DNA of 64,000 nt from Patescibacteria group bacterium (GCA_035290185.1 DATDUW010000022.1:1579-65578), one strand, 5' to 3'. Positions 9,301 to 19,256 are shown, numbered from the stretch's first letter. The notes: generated by a model from the letters alone, not told the origin. Made by a program: numbers and translations.

Positions 9301-10588
9301 TCTTATGAAAAGAGATTTTTTTCTCCTTTTCGGTCTCGTTTTGACCCTTGGATTTTTTTGGATTCCACCTTCGCCTGCGCAAGCTATTGGTCTTTCTCCG
9401 CCTATTGTAGAGGCTCCGTCCGTTTTGCGTGACCTGAAACAGACGAAGATGATCCGTGTCTCTCGTTCACCGTCCGAACAAGGGGATGTTCATATAACCG
9501 TGGAAAAAAGCGGGGAATACGCCCGCTATCTCAACGCCCCAACCGAAACGACCATCCTCAAAGGACAGAATTTTACGGAGTATTTTTTTGATATTTATCC
9601 GGCGAGCGCGGCTACGGGTAACTATGAAGTCAAGTTGACTTTTAAAGTAGCTCCGGTTGCACAGCCAGATTTACAAAAAACAGGGAATATAAGTGCCCAG
9701 GTGGCGGTTATTACGGGTGCAGCAGCTATTATTAGATTTACCGTTTCAGGAGAAGAAGTCATCGATTATGAGATCCTTGGCGTGAGCGGGGCAGACACAG
9801 AGATAGGTCGTCCGGCTTATGTGAAATTTTTTCTTAGCAACCTCGGAAATGTCAATTGGAAACCTAGCAGGATTGATCTTACGTTTACCGATGTCAACGA
9901 TCCAACGAACGCCGTCACGGCGTCTTTGAAAGAAGGAGAGATCCCTCTTCTCGAGCCAGGAAAGGAGAACAATGTTCTTTCATTTGAAATTCCTTTGAAT
10001 TTGATTGAGGGTAAGTATGTTTTGAATGCGAGATTTTTTTCTCAAAATGAAGGGATAGGCGAATTTGTTTCACCGCCGTTTTTTGTGTACCCAGAGGGGA
10101 CGCTCCAACAGTTGGGCGAGCTGGTTTCTATTGGGATTGATAAAACCTCCTATGGGTTAGGCGAAAAAATTAAGTTCAATGCGATCTTTAAAAACGTTGG
10201 CAGCATTCCAATGAAGGGGGTTTTAAATACCGATATTTACCTCGGTTCGGATTTTATCGACATGCTCCGTGGTGAAGAATTATCCGTTGGAGTCAACGAA
10301 GAAGCGGTTTTTTCTGAAGTTATCGAACCTGATAGACCAGGGGGGTATCGGCTGTCTTCTTTTATTAAATATGGAAACAAAAAATCAGAGACACAAACCA
10401 TCAATTTTACTGTGATCGCACCGGAAAATAAAACATTAGCTTTTTTGAATTCGAAGCTTGGTTTAATTGGTTTGGTTTTCTTCATTCTTTTTGTCACCAT
10501 TTTTTTGAAATTTCACCAAAGAAGACAACACCTGAAGAAGAAAAGTTCAAAAAAAATTCACGAAGCATCTGTGGATAACAAGGAATAG
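9281..10588 (+). CDS. Surface protein with signal peptide and C-terminal TM anchor plus basic tail
   Basis: Signal-like N-terminus ending PAQAIGLSPPIVEAP, the same motif as the 5947 and 7494 genes. C-terminal LIGLVFFILFVTIFL followed by KFHQRRQHLKKKSSKK. Confidence 0.65.
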   Translation: MPFSVFSLMKRDFFLLFGLVLTLGFFWIPPSPAQAIGLSPPIVEAPSVLRDLKQTKMIRVSRSPSEQGDVHITVEKSGEYARYLNAPTETTILKGQNFTEYFFDIYPASAATGNYEVKLTFKVAPVAQPDLQKTGNISAQVAVITGAAAIIRFTVSGEEVIDYEILGVSGADTEIGRPAYVKFFLSNLGNVNWKPSRIDLTFTDVNDPTNAVTASLKEGEIPLLEPGKENNVLSFEIPLNLIEGKYVLNARFFSQNEGIGEFVSPPFFVYPEGTLQQLGELVSIGIDKTSYGLGEKIKFNAIFKNVGSIPMKGVLNTDIYLGSDFIDMLRGEELSVGVNEEAVFSEVIEPDRPGGYRLSSFIKYGNKKSETQTINFTVIAPENKTLAFLNSKLGLIGLVFFILFVTIFLKFHQRRQHLKKKSSKKIHEASVDNKE

Positions 10589-10829
10589 TTAATTTTTTTC
10601 TTCTGTTAAAATGTGCTATAATTAAAAAAGAAAAATTTGTTTGGAAAAGTTTTCATTTGAAACTCATGGGAGTTTATCCACTCCAATCTGAGTCGGAGGA
10701 AACTCAGATTGGCGAGATGAAGTTATTTTTAATGTAAAATTGATGAAGGGAGAAGACAACATTTTTGACGCAACCATCAAAACAACTAATCCACAGAGCA
10801 TTTTTTAATGCGGAATTTTTAAGTGATAT

Positions 10830-11789
10830 ATGCAAGAACAAAAGTCTTTGCACTATATACTTGGAGCATCGTTGGCTGTCATCGCTGTATTTGTGGTCGT
10901 GGCTTTGGTCATGATCAATTCTCAAGCCTCTGATACACAGGTGACGATCAACAACGTAGCTCCGTCCGTTGCAGATGTTTATCTCGCCGATTCAGCCTAC
11001 GAACAAGCATTTTTCTATTCAGGCACTGGTTTTGGTGTGATCAACGACCTGTCTGCTGGTTCTACTATTACGAGATATGTAACAGGTACGGTTGAGGACT
11101 TGAATGGTAATGGGGATATCGCAACCGTTACAGCTACTCTCTATCGATCTGGAGTAACAGACGGACATAGCTGTACAGCGGATAAAAATTCCTGTTATCG
11201 CGTTACTTCTTGTGAACTTCAGACCAATGGTAACGATGATCAAAAGGATTTCAGTTGCGAAATGGCGTTGAATTATTTCATGGACTCAACCGATGTTGGG
11301 GGTCGTTACTCAGCACAAAATTGGGTTATTTATGTTACGGTGTCTGATGGAACAGCAAACGGAAGCGATGAAGCGAAAACAGGAGAAGTTAGCACACTCT
11401 TGGCTTTAAGTATTCCGGGAAGCATTGGTTACGGGACCTTGGCTTTGGGCGCAACCACAACAAGTAGTACAAACCAAATCATGACTATTACTCAAACCGG
11501 CAACGATGAAGCCGATGTTGAAGTCTCGTCGAGCACTGCGATGGGTTGTACTGTACGCGGTTTAATCCCAGTAGCCAGTCAACAATGGTCGTTGACTGAT
11601 GTAGATTATAGCGCTGAGGGTACTACCGCACTTAGTGGTTCGGCTGCAGACACTGCTCTAAACGTTGGTTATCAAGACGATGAAGCGACTGCTCCAACAA
11701 AAAGTCTCTATTGGAATATTTCAATTCCATCCAGTGGCGTTGAGGGAGTTTGTACTGGTGCAGATACCGTCACGGCTATTGCTCATTAA
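10830..11789 (+). CDS. Secreted protein, paralog of 12138-13034
   Basis: N-terminal TM/signal. The C-terminal ~30 aa (LYWNISIPSSGVEGVCTGADTVTAIAH) is almost identical to the end of the 12138 gene. Both share a CYRxxxC motif mid-protein. Confidence 0.65.
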   Translation: MQEQKSLHYILGASLAVIAVFVVVALVMINSQASDTQVTINNVAPSVADVYLADSAYEQAFFYSGTGFGVINDLSAGSTITRYVTGTVEDLNGNGDIATVTATLYRSGVTDGHSCTADKNSCYRVTSCELQTNGNDDQKDFSCEMALNYFMDSTDVGGRYSAQNWVIYVTVSDGTANGSDEAKTGEVSTLLALSIPGSIGYGTLALGATTTSSTNQIMTITQTGNDEADVEVSSSTAMGCTVRGLIPVASQQWSLTDVDYSAEGTTALSGSAADTALNVGYQDDEATAPTKSLYWNISIPSSGVEGVCTGADTVTAIAH

Positions 11790-11810
11790 TTACAGTTCAT
11801 CCGCAAAAAT

Positions 11811-12038
11811 ATGAAATTTTTAGCTGGATTAGCTGTACTTGTCGCCTTGGTTTGTGGTCTGACCGTGGTTTCTTTGGCAAAATCATTTAAGAGTCAAGGT
11901 GCGAAAATCACGCCAGTTTCTCCGGGGACGCAAGAAGGGGTGGAGAGTTCTGTCCCTTACTCAAAGACTTCCCAAACCAAAACAGGAGTGACAATTAGCG
12001 AGTCAACAACAAAAACACAGGTGGAGATCGGCGAATAG
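11811..12038 (+). CDS. Small secreted Thr/Ser-rich protein
   Basis: 75-aa ORF with hydrophobic signal-like N-terminus, followed by an intrinsic terminator. Confidence 0.4.
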   Translation: MKFLAGLAVLVALVCGLTVVSLAKSFKSQGAKITPVSPGTQEGVESSVPYSKTSQTKTGVTISESTTKTQVEIGE

Positions 12039-12054
12039 TTTTTTGTGGAAGGAA

Positions 12055-12094
12055 ACCTCGTCCTATTTTTCTTAGGACGAGGTTTTCGTTTTTT
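12055..12094 (+). terminator. Rho-independent terminator
   Basis: ACCTCGTCCTA / TAGGACGAGG hairpin followed by TTTTCGTTTTTT. Confidence 0.7.
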
Positions 12095-12137
12095 AAAGAT
12101 TTTGTTATAATAGATCCATTCGAGATGTTAATCTGAT

Positions 12138-13034
12138 ATGTCATTCAAGCGTTTTTTCGTTTTTATCTTCGCCCTCGTTTTCGTAACAACAAAGGTCGCT
12201 ATTGGCGGAGATAATTTTACCCCAACTGTGGAATCAGTCTTTCTTCATAAGAGTCCTTTTATTAATGCAGACGCTTATGAGAATGGTATTATCAATGATT
12301 TGGTGGCTTCCGGGACGCTGAATCTTTATTTGAATGGTTTGGTTCAGGATATGGATGGGAGTAGTGATATCGTGTCGGTCTCCGGGGTTTTTTATCGCAG
12401 TGGTGCACCTATTGGAGCGGATTGTTTGGCTGATAACAATTTTTGCTATCGTATCGCCACCTGTAATACGCAAACCACGGAGAATCCTTTTCAACTTCGT
12501 TACAGCTGTCCATTGAGTGTGTGGTATTACGCCGATGCCACGGTAGGCGGCGGGCGTTATGAAAATGAGGATTGGCGGGCTTTTATTCAGGTAAACGATC
12601 AGGTTTCCTCCAGTTTTAATAATTTTTTTTCTAGGGAAGTTTCTACTCTTTTAGCGTTGACTATTCCCGATAGGATTGATTTTGGTCCCAGGAGTCTTGG
12701 AAGCATCACGACTAGCGAAAATAATGTGGCAATGCCTATTTCGCAAGGAGGAAATGTTTTAGCTGATGTCGAGGTCTCTGGATCGGAACCCTTGATTTGT
12801 TCAGAAAATGGCAGTATTCCTGCACAGAATCAAGGCTGGGCGTTAATGGACGTCGGTTTTGGTGACAGCGTAGCACTCACGTCGTCGGCTGTGGATACCA
12901 ATCTCAATGTTTTTTATCAAGAAGACGATTTACAAGCTTCTTTTAAGGAGCTTTATTGGAACATTTCTATTCCTTCGAGTGGCCTTAGGGGCGTTTGTTC
13001 TGGGTCCACAGTTATTACAGCCATTGCTCATTGA
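12138..13034 (+). CDS. Secreted protein, paralog of 10830-11789
   Basis: Signal-like N-terminus; conserved C-terminal block LYWNISIPSSGLRGVCSGSTVITAIAH shared with the 10830 gene. Confidence 0.65.
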   Translation: MSFKRFFVFIFALVFVTTKVAIGGDNFTPTVESVFLHKSPFINADAYENGIINDLVASGTLNLYLNGLVQDMDGSSDIVSVSGVFYRSGAPIGADCLADNNFCYRIATCNTQTTENPFQLRYSCPLSVWYYADATVGGGRYENEDWRAFIQVNDQVSSSFNNFFSREVSTLLALTIPDRIDFGPRSLGSITTSENNVAMPISQGGNVLADVEVSGSEPLICSENGSIPAQNQGWALMDVGFGDSVALTSSAVDTNLNVFYQEDDLQASFKELYWNISIPSSGLRGVCSGSTVITAIAH

Positions 13035-13056
13035 TTGCTCAAAAAATAGGGGGAGT

Positions 13057-15300
13057 ATGAAATTTTCCGATCTAAAAATAACTAGACAATTGATCGTCTT
13101 TTTCTTTTTTCTCCTAACTGTTCCCCTACTAGGCTTGAGTATTTTTTTCTATTTTCAAACGGTTAGGATCATCCAGGATACAAAAAATAACCTCCGCTAT
13201 GTATCTGTTATTCATGAAAATCGTCTTAATACGATTCTCCAGGGTTTTAATCGTCGTTTTGAAGACATGAGAGCAGACAGCGTTTTTCAGGATATTTTTT
13301 TGGATTTTTTGAACGTTCCAAGTAAGGAGAACCGATTAAAGGTAGAGACGGCCGTAGTGAATCGACATATTTCTGATGGTTCTTTTCCGGATTTTTTTCT
13401 CTTGAATCAGGACGGGACCGTTGTTTTTTCTTCTGATCAGAGGGAAGGGTTGGGTCGAAACCACGCATCCGATTCTTTTTTTACCACAGGAAAAGCAGCA
13501 CGCAGATGGCATATCCAAAAATATGGAACAACGGACGTTTTTGCATATCTTTCCGGTCCGTATATTAGAGAAAATCAGTTTTTTGGCGTTTTGGTTCTAC
13601 GAGTAGATTTTGCTCCCTTCCTTTCTTTGCATGAAAATTTTAAAACCCTGAATAAGACGGGAGAACTGCAACTTGTCGAGGCTAATGGGAACGGATGGAG
13701 ATTGATTACGCCCACAAGATTTTCTACAACCACCAACCCCTCGTCGCTCACAGACCGACTTTATGACCAGACCATGGTCTTAGAAAACAATTTTTTTGAG
13801 GCCAAAGATTATCGAGACAGAAACGTTTTTGCCATTTTGCGTCTTTTGGATGAAAAAAACCTTGGGTTAATAGTAAAAATTGACAAAGACGAAGTTTTTC
13901 TTCCACTCCTCCTTTTGGCAAGGTCCATCATTTTGATTTTCTCCTTCCTATTGGCGTTCGGTCTTGTTCTAATTTTTTTCTTCTATGTGCATGTCACCAG
14001 GCCATTGGCGCAATTGGTACGTGCAACCAAAAGCATTGAAAAAGGCGAGAAGAATTATGACCTACCAGCTGAATCAAAAAATGAGATCGGGATTCTGGTT
14101 ACGGCTTTTCAAAGAATGACGAGAAATCTTTTATTGTCGAACTCCCATCTTGAAAAAAGGGTTGTTGAGCGAACGCTCATGTTGAATAAGCGCATTGCAC
14201 AAATTAACAACGAAAAGGTTAAAGACGATGCGTTATTGTCGAGCATTGGCGAAGGATTGATTGTCACGGATAAAGAAGGTGTCATTCTTTTAGTCAATCA
14301 AGCTACAGCAACAATGTTTGGAATTAAGAAAGAAGATGTTAGTGGAAGTCATTTCTCCGAGGTTGTCCTGCTGAAGAATATTTCGGGACGTCCTATGCCT
14401 TTTCTTGCCGGTCATCCGGTATTTGAGGCTTTATCTGGTGCTAAAAAAACAGTGGGTGTTGAATTTATCTCCGAACGGTTTGGTGGTGGAAGCGATGGGA
14501 GCGGTTTTTTTCCGCTTGCCCTTACAGCAACCCCCATTGTTGTGAATGGGCAGACGATCGGATCGGTGGCAATCGTCCGCGACATTACGAAAGAAAAGGA
14601 GGTGGATCGCATGAAATCGGAGTTTATTTCTATTGCCTCACACCAATTGAGGGGTCCGATTGCTTCCATCAAATGGTATGGAGAACTCCTTGGAAAGCAA
14701 AAGGGGACTTTTCAAAAGGAATCACGCGAGTTTGTTGAACGCATCAATGTGTCCACCGAGCACCTAATTTCGCTTGTGAACGACTTTTTGAACGTTTCGC
14801 GTATTGAATCCGGAAGTTTAAAGAGCGAACCAAAAACGATTCACCCTTCGGTTTTGGTGAAAAATATCGTCGAAACGTACCAACAGGAGATTGAAAAGAA
14901 AAAAATAACCGTTCGGATAAAGAACAGGTCGTTGTTCAAGGATTTTTTTATGGATCCGGAGATGATAAGGGAGATTTACGCCAATCTTATTGCCAATTCT
15001 ATTAAATATTCTAAAAGATGTGGGAATATTTCAATACGACTCTCTGATGAAAGCGAGACAACGGATTTGGTGTTAGAAATCAAGGATGACGGCGTGGGTA
15101 TTGCCAAGGAGGAACATGGAAGGATTTTTACGAAATTTTTCCGCGCCAGCAATGCGCTGGAAGGAGGATATAAGGGTACGGGGCTTGGTTTATACACCGC
15201 GCAGATGCTTGCAACGCAAATTGGTGGTAGAATTTGGTTTGAATCGGAAAAAGGTCATGGTGCGACCTTTTGGGTTCGCCTTCCCAGGAAGGCCAAATAA
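13057..15300 (+). CDS. Sensor histidine kinase (TM, HAMP, PAS, HisKA, HATPase_c)
   Basis: ORF 12907-15300; the Met at 13057 has an AGGGGGA Shine-Dalgarno sequence. Two TM segments; H-box SHQLRGPI; N-box NLIANSIKYS; G-boxes DDGVGI and GTGLGLY. Confidence 0.85.
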   Translation: MKFSDLKITRQLIVFFFFLLTVPLLGLSIFFYFQTVRIIQDTKNNLRYVSVIHENRLNTILQGFNRRFEDMRADSVFQDIFLDFLNVPSKENRLKVETAVVNRHISDGSFPDFFLLNQDGTVVFSSDQREGLGRNHASDSFFTTGKAARRWHIQKYGTTDVFAYLSGPYIRENQFFGVLVLRVDFAPFLSLHENFKTLNKTGELQLVEANGNGWRLITPTRFSTTTNPSSLTDRLYDQTMVLENNFFEAKDYRDRNVFAILRLLDEKNLGLIVKIDKDEVFLPLLLLARSIILIFSFLLAFGLVLIFFFYVHVTRPLAQLVRATKSIEKGEKNYDLPAESKNEIGILVTAFQRMTRNLLLSNSHLEKRVVERTLMLNKRIAQINNEKVKDDALLSSIGEGLIVTDKEGVILLVNQATATMFGIKKEDVSGSHFSEVVLLKNISGRPMPFLAGHPVFEALSGAKKTVGVEFISERFGGGSDGSGFFPLALTATPIVVNGQTIGSVAIVRDITKEKEVDRMKSEFISIASHQLRGPIASIKWYGELLGKQKGTFQKESREFVERINVSTEHLISLVNDFLNVSRIESGSLKSEPKTIHPSVLVKNIVETYQQEIEKKKITVRIKNRSLFKDFFMDPEMIREIYANLIANSIKYSKRCGNISIRLSDESETTDLVLEIKDDGVGIAKEEHGRIFTKFFRASNALEGGYKGTGLGLYTAQMLATQIGGRIWFESEKGHGATFWVRLPRKAK

Positions 15301-15321
15301 TCTTTTTCTTTATCTATCCCT

Positions 15322-15699
15322 ATGAAAGGACTAAAGAAGTTTATCCTCATTGTTGAGGATGATAGTTTTTTGTCAGATATCTATCAAAATCAGCTAAAAC
15401 AAGAGGGTTTCGAGACCGAGGTATCGACTGATGGAAAAAGTGCTTTGAAAGTTTTAGAAAAAAAACGGCCGAATTTGATCGTCCTTGACATGATTATGCC
15501 GGGCATGAATGGTTTCGATTTTCTCGAAATTATGCGTAAAGAGAAGAAAAACGATGATATTCCAGTTTTTATTCTTACCAATCTCGGACAGGACGAGGAC
15601 AAGAAGCGTTGTCGCGAGCTTCGCGAATGTTCCTATTTCGTCAAGACGGAAATTTCTATTGATGACGTCGTGAGGAAAATTAAAGAACAGGTTTCATAG
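15322..15699 (+). CDS. Single-domain response regulator (CheY-like receiver)
   Basis: Receiver domain motifs (ILIVEDD...LIVLDMIMPGMNGFDFL...K). No output domain. Confidence 0.8.
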   Translation: MKGLKKFILIVEDDSFLSDIYQNQLKQEGFETEVSTDGKSALKVLEKKRPNLIVLDMIMPGMNGFDFLEIMRKEKKNDDIPVFILTNLGQDEDKKRCRELRECSYFVKTEISIDDVVRKIKEQVS

Positions 15700-15729
15700 C
15701 GATTCAAAAACGAGGGAATTTTAAAAGAT

Positions 15730-16818
15730 ATGTTGGGGTGGTCATCGGACTTTTTGAAGAAAGGAATGCACCTCTTTCCGATCAAATCGTTCGACCTGAT
15801 TGTCACAACCAAAAGCCTGTCTGTTATGCTTGGATCCGGCTTGACGGTTGTCGATGCTTTGGATATTTTAGCGGAACAAGGCCGTGGACCGCTGAAATCG
15901 GTTTTGACGCGCGTTGTTGATCGCATGAAGGCCGGACAGACGTTTTCAAATTCTTTAAAAGGCGAAAAAGGGGTCTTTAGCCCCGTGTTCATTGGCTCGG
16001 TGGAAATCGGAGAAAGGACCGGAACCTTGACAAAAGATCTAGAGCGTTTATCGGTTCAGATGGAACACGATTTTTCCGTGCGGAGAAATTTGAAATCAGC
16101 CACGGTTTATCCAGCTTTTGTCCTCACGGTTATGCTGGTGGTTGCTTTCGGTGTAGCAAAATTTGTTCTTCCGCGATTTGCCGATACCGTTCGTTCCTTT
16201 GGGGCAGAGCTCCCTTTGAGTACGAGGATTGTCGTAATTTTAGCGGAGTTTTTTGAAAGTTACGGTTCGATTTTTGCTTTGATTCTTTTGTTTTTTATCG
16301 CGGTCATTGTCGGTTTGTCGCGACGAGAATCTGCGCGGCGCCTTCTTCACCCCCTTTTTTTGAGGATACCGATCATAAATCTTTTTTTCCACGATGCCAG
16401 TCGAGCTGTTCTGTTTCGTTCTTTTGGAACCCTGCTTGACAGCGGGATTCCCATCCAAGAGGCTTTAGAAATTCTAAAACGCACGACGTCTAACTATGTC
16501 TATGCCCAGGCCATAGGAGACATCAACCGCAGGATCGTAGCCGGTCGTAGGTTGACGGAACTCTTGTCTTTTCATCCGCGTCTCTTTCCAAAGATGGTTC
16601 AAAATATGATCGGAGTGGGCGAGAGTTCTGGAGAGATGGGGAGGATTTTTTCTTTTTTGGCTCAATATTTTGAAGAGAGAATTGAAGTCCGTTCAAAAAA
16701 TTTTTCCTCCCTTTTTGAACCGATCCTTTTGCTCATTGTCGGTGCGGGCGTATTATTTTTGGCTCTTTCCGTGATCTTGCCGATCTATGATATTACGTCG
16801 TCTATTTCCATCAAATGA
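15730..16818 (+). CDS. pilC: Type IV pilus platform protein PilC (GspF family)
   Basis: Two GspF repeats with conserved E-x-G/ER-TG and GESSG motifs; three TM segments. Confidence 0.85.
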   Translation: MLGWSSDFLKKGMHLFPIKSFDLIVTTKSLSVMLGSGLTVVDALDILAEQGRGPLKSVLTRVVDRMKAGQTFSNSLKGEKGVFSPVFIGSVEIGERTGTLTKDLERLSVQMEHDFSVRRNLKSATVYPAFVLTVMLVVAFGVAKFVLPRFADTVRSFGAELPLSTRIVVILAEFFESYGSIFALILLFFIAVIVGLSRRESARRLLHPLFLRIPIINLFFHDASRAVLFRSFGTLLDSGIPIQEALEILKRTTSNYVYAQAIGDINRRIVAGRRLTELLSFHPRLFPKMVQNMIGVGESSGEMGRIFSFLAQYFEERIEVRSKNFSSLFEPILLLIVGAGVLFLALSVILPIYDITSSISIK

Positions 16819-16840
16819 TGTATTTTGAGGATAGCAATTT

Positions 16841-17839
16841 ATGTTTGATCATTTTTTTTCTGGTATTGGCGTTGACATCTCAAATCGTCATGTTCGTTTT
16901 GCGCGTGTTTCTCTCTTTCAAAAGATCCGGGGATTGAAAGAAATAGTCTTGCCAAGCGGGTTGATGGAGGACGAAATGGTGGCCCATCAAGAGGAGATTA
17001 GGAAGCGCATTGAGCGTGGTCTTGAGGAATGGCATTTGCCGAAAGGTTCATTTCGAACCACGATGCTGATTCCTGAATCAAGGATTTTTTTTACGAACGT
17101 TCTTTTAGAGAAACAGGCACCAGCCATAATGGAAGATGAGGCAAAACATCTGGCACAAAAGGATATCCCCATCCCTTTTGAACAGGCCTTTCTTACTGTT
17201 TCCAAAGGGGAAATTTCCCTTGAAGGACGATTGTTTAATGTCTACGCCTGTCAGAGAGAAATCATCAATGGTTTGAAGGCCGTGGTTGAAGTTCCGTCTT
17301 TTCGATTAATCGCCATGGAGACGAACAGTAAGGCGTTGTTGCGCCTTTTTAACCATTTCGCCTCAAAAAAGGAGAGACAGAAAGTTAAAAAAAGTCTGAT
17401 TGGTGTTGTCGATATCGGATACGATTGGACGACGGTTTCCATTTATTCGTCTTTTGGGTCCCTCTTTTTTTCTAGAACATTGTCACACAGTCACCTGGTT
17501 CAGAAAGACGGGGACGTTCCACCCCTCCCACCAGAGACCATTGGGTTGGTTCTTGAGACGATGAGAGAAACAAAGGATTTTTTTTCTAAACAAGGAAAAG
17601 AGATAGCCCTCTTTTTGTTGGGGGGGGTTGAGGCAACGCAGAAAGGCGTTCTTAAGGCCTGTCAACGAGAAGAGAAGACTCTCCCTCCCACAATCCCCAT
17701 CGGTCAGAAGTTACAGATTTCAGGTTTTGCCGCTGATGATATTCACCGTTTTGGACCAGCTATTGGTGCAGCCTATCGATCGCTCTTTCCACAAAAGTAC
17801 GCCCATCAGCACAATTTTTTTGATTCTTCCAATTCATGA
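16841..17839 (+). CDS. pilM: PilM-like actin-fold pilus assembly protein
   Basis: Sits between pilC and pilD. N-terminus IGVDISNRHVRFARV resembles the PilM/FtsA phosphate-1 motif. Weak by sequence alone. Confidence 0.45.
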   Translation: MFDHFFSGIGVDISNRHVRFARVSLFQKIRGLKEIVLPSGLMEDEMVAHQEEIRKRIERGLEEWHLPKGSFRTTMLIPESRIFFTNVLLEKQAPAIMEDEAKHLAQKDIPIPFEQAFLTVSKGEISLEGRLFNVYACQREIINGLKAVVEVPSFRLIAMETNSKALLRLFNHFASKKERQKVKKSLIGVVDIGYDWTTVSIYSSFGSLFFSRTLSHSHLVQKDGDVPPLPPETIGLVLETMRETKDFFSKQGKEIALFLLGGVEATQKGVLKACQREEKTLPPTIPIGQKLQISGFAADDIHRFGPAIGAAYRSLFPQKYAHQHNFFDSSNS

Positions 17840-17861
17840 TTTTTCGCCACCACCAGATAGT

Positions 17862-18647
17862 ATGTTTTTTTCCTTAGGGGTTTTTTTTATCGGTTCCGTC
17901 TTGGGTAGCTTTCTTTCTTCCTTGGCCAATCGAGAGAAAAAGAATGAATCAAATTTGTTTGGTCGCTCTCATTGTGTCGAGTGTAGAAAAATGTTGCTAG
18001 CGAGAGACCTTATCCCCCTTATCAGCTTTTTTCTTCTCAAAGGTCGTTGTCGTTTCTGTCACCGACCGATCGGTTGGAGAGAACCCGTGGTCGAAATCGC
18101 GGTTGGTTTTCTCTTTTTGGTTGTCTGGTGGGTTCATGGAAGTGAAGGAATCGATGTGCCTCTTATTCGTGACCTTATTTTCACGACTTTTCTGTCCCTC
18201 CTTTTTTTAACAGATGCCTATGCAGGCGTTCTTCCTCATCGATTTACCATAACAGGTATTTTTCTTGCCGTCGGATTTCATTTCTTTGTTGGTATCGCTT
18301 CAATGAGTACCCTGTTTTTTACTATTCAAAATTTTTTTTTCGGCATGATGGTCGGCGGTGGATTTTTTGCTTTACAGTACTATGTATCACAAGGGCGTTG
18401 GACAGGTGGTGGAGACATTGGTATGGGGATACTTCTCGGAGCTATTCTTGGATTTTGGTCTAGCCTGTGGGCGCTTGCCCTCGCCTATATTTTAGGTGCC
18501 TTCTGGGCAATTTTTTTGTTGTTAAACAAAAAAATAGATGTAAAAGCCCAAATTCCTTTTGGTCCATTTCTTGCCACAGCCACGTGGATTTTTTTGTTGC
18601 TTTCCCAGGTGTCGAATAGCGGACTTTACGATTTTTTACGATTTTAG
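17862..18647 (+). CDS. pilD: Prepilin peptidase PilD (A24 family)
   Basis: ORF 17628-18647; internal Met at 17862 follows the upstream stop. N-terminal TM, cytoplasmic tetracysteine zinc motif (CVEC...CRFC), and polytopic membrane body with conserved Asp. Confidence 0.85.
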   Translation: MFFSLGVFFIGSVLGSFLSSLANREKKNESNLFGRSHCVECRKMLLARDLIPLISFFLLKGRCRFCHRPIGWREPVVEIAVGFLFLVVWWVHGSEGIDVPLIRDLIFTTFLSLLFLTDAYAGVLPHRFTITGIFLAVGFHFFVGIASMSTLFFTIQNFFFGMMVGGGFFALQYYVSQGRWTGGGDIGMGILLGAILGFWSSLWALALAYILGAFWAIFLLLNKKIDVKAQIPFGPFLATATWIFLLLSQVSNSGLYDFLRF

Positions 18648-18751
18648 CACGATCTCTAGACAATTTTATGAAGGCATAGTACTATTTTCCAAGGAAAAAT
18701 GATTTCTTTTTTTGTCAAAAGTTCCTTTTTTAAGAATTTAAATTAACACGT

Positions 18752-19234
18752 ATGCGCAAGGATTTTCAGAAAGGTTTCACCCTTATCGAACTGCTTATCG
18801 TAATCGCCATCATCGCGATTTTGGCGGCTGTTGTATTTGTCGTTCTTAATCCGACTCAACGTTTCTCGCAGGCTCGCAATGCACGCCGCCAAAGCGATGT
18901 GGAAAATATTGTTGCGGCCCTCAAAATTTCTCAAGTGGACAATAATGGCAGTTATCCATCAGCAGTTTCAACACTAACGAACGGGAAATTTTATGAAATA
19001 GGGACAGCTACGACTGGTTGTGATGCTGGTTGTACAACAAAGACCACGGAAGGGTCCTGTGTGGACTTGACTGCTGGGTTGGTGACAGGCGGGTATCTTG
19101 GAAGCATTCCCATGGAACCGACCAGCGGGACAGCTTCCAAAACCTTATATTACCTCTCAAAAAATGCCACAGGAACAATTGAAGTCGGGGCTTGTACCCC
19201 AGAATTAAGTACCGCTATTTCCGTTATTCGATAA
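18752..19234 (+). CDS. Type IVa major pilin
   Basis: N-terminus MRKDFQKGFTLIELLIVIAIIAILAAV is a canonical class III signal. C-terminal Cys pair forms a disulfide loop. Confidence 0.9.
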   Translation: MRKDFQKGFTLIELLIVIAIIAILAAVVFVVLNPTQRFSQARNARRQSDVENIVAALKISQVDNNGSYPSAVSTLTNGKFYEIGTATTGCDAGCTTKTTEGSCVDLTAGLVTGGYLGSIPMEPTSGTASKTLYYLSKNATGTIEVGACTPELSTAISVIR

Positions 19235-19256
19235 TTTCATTTTTAATATCTATTCT

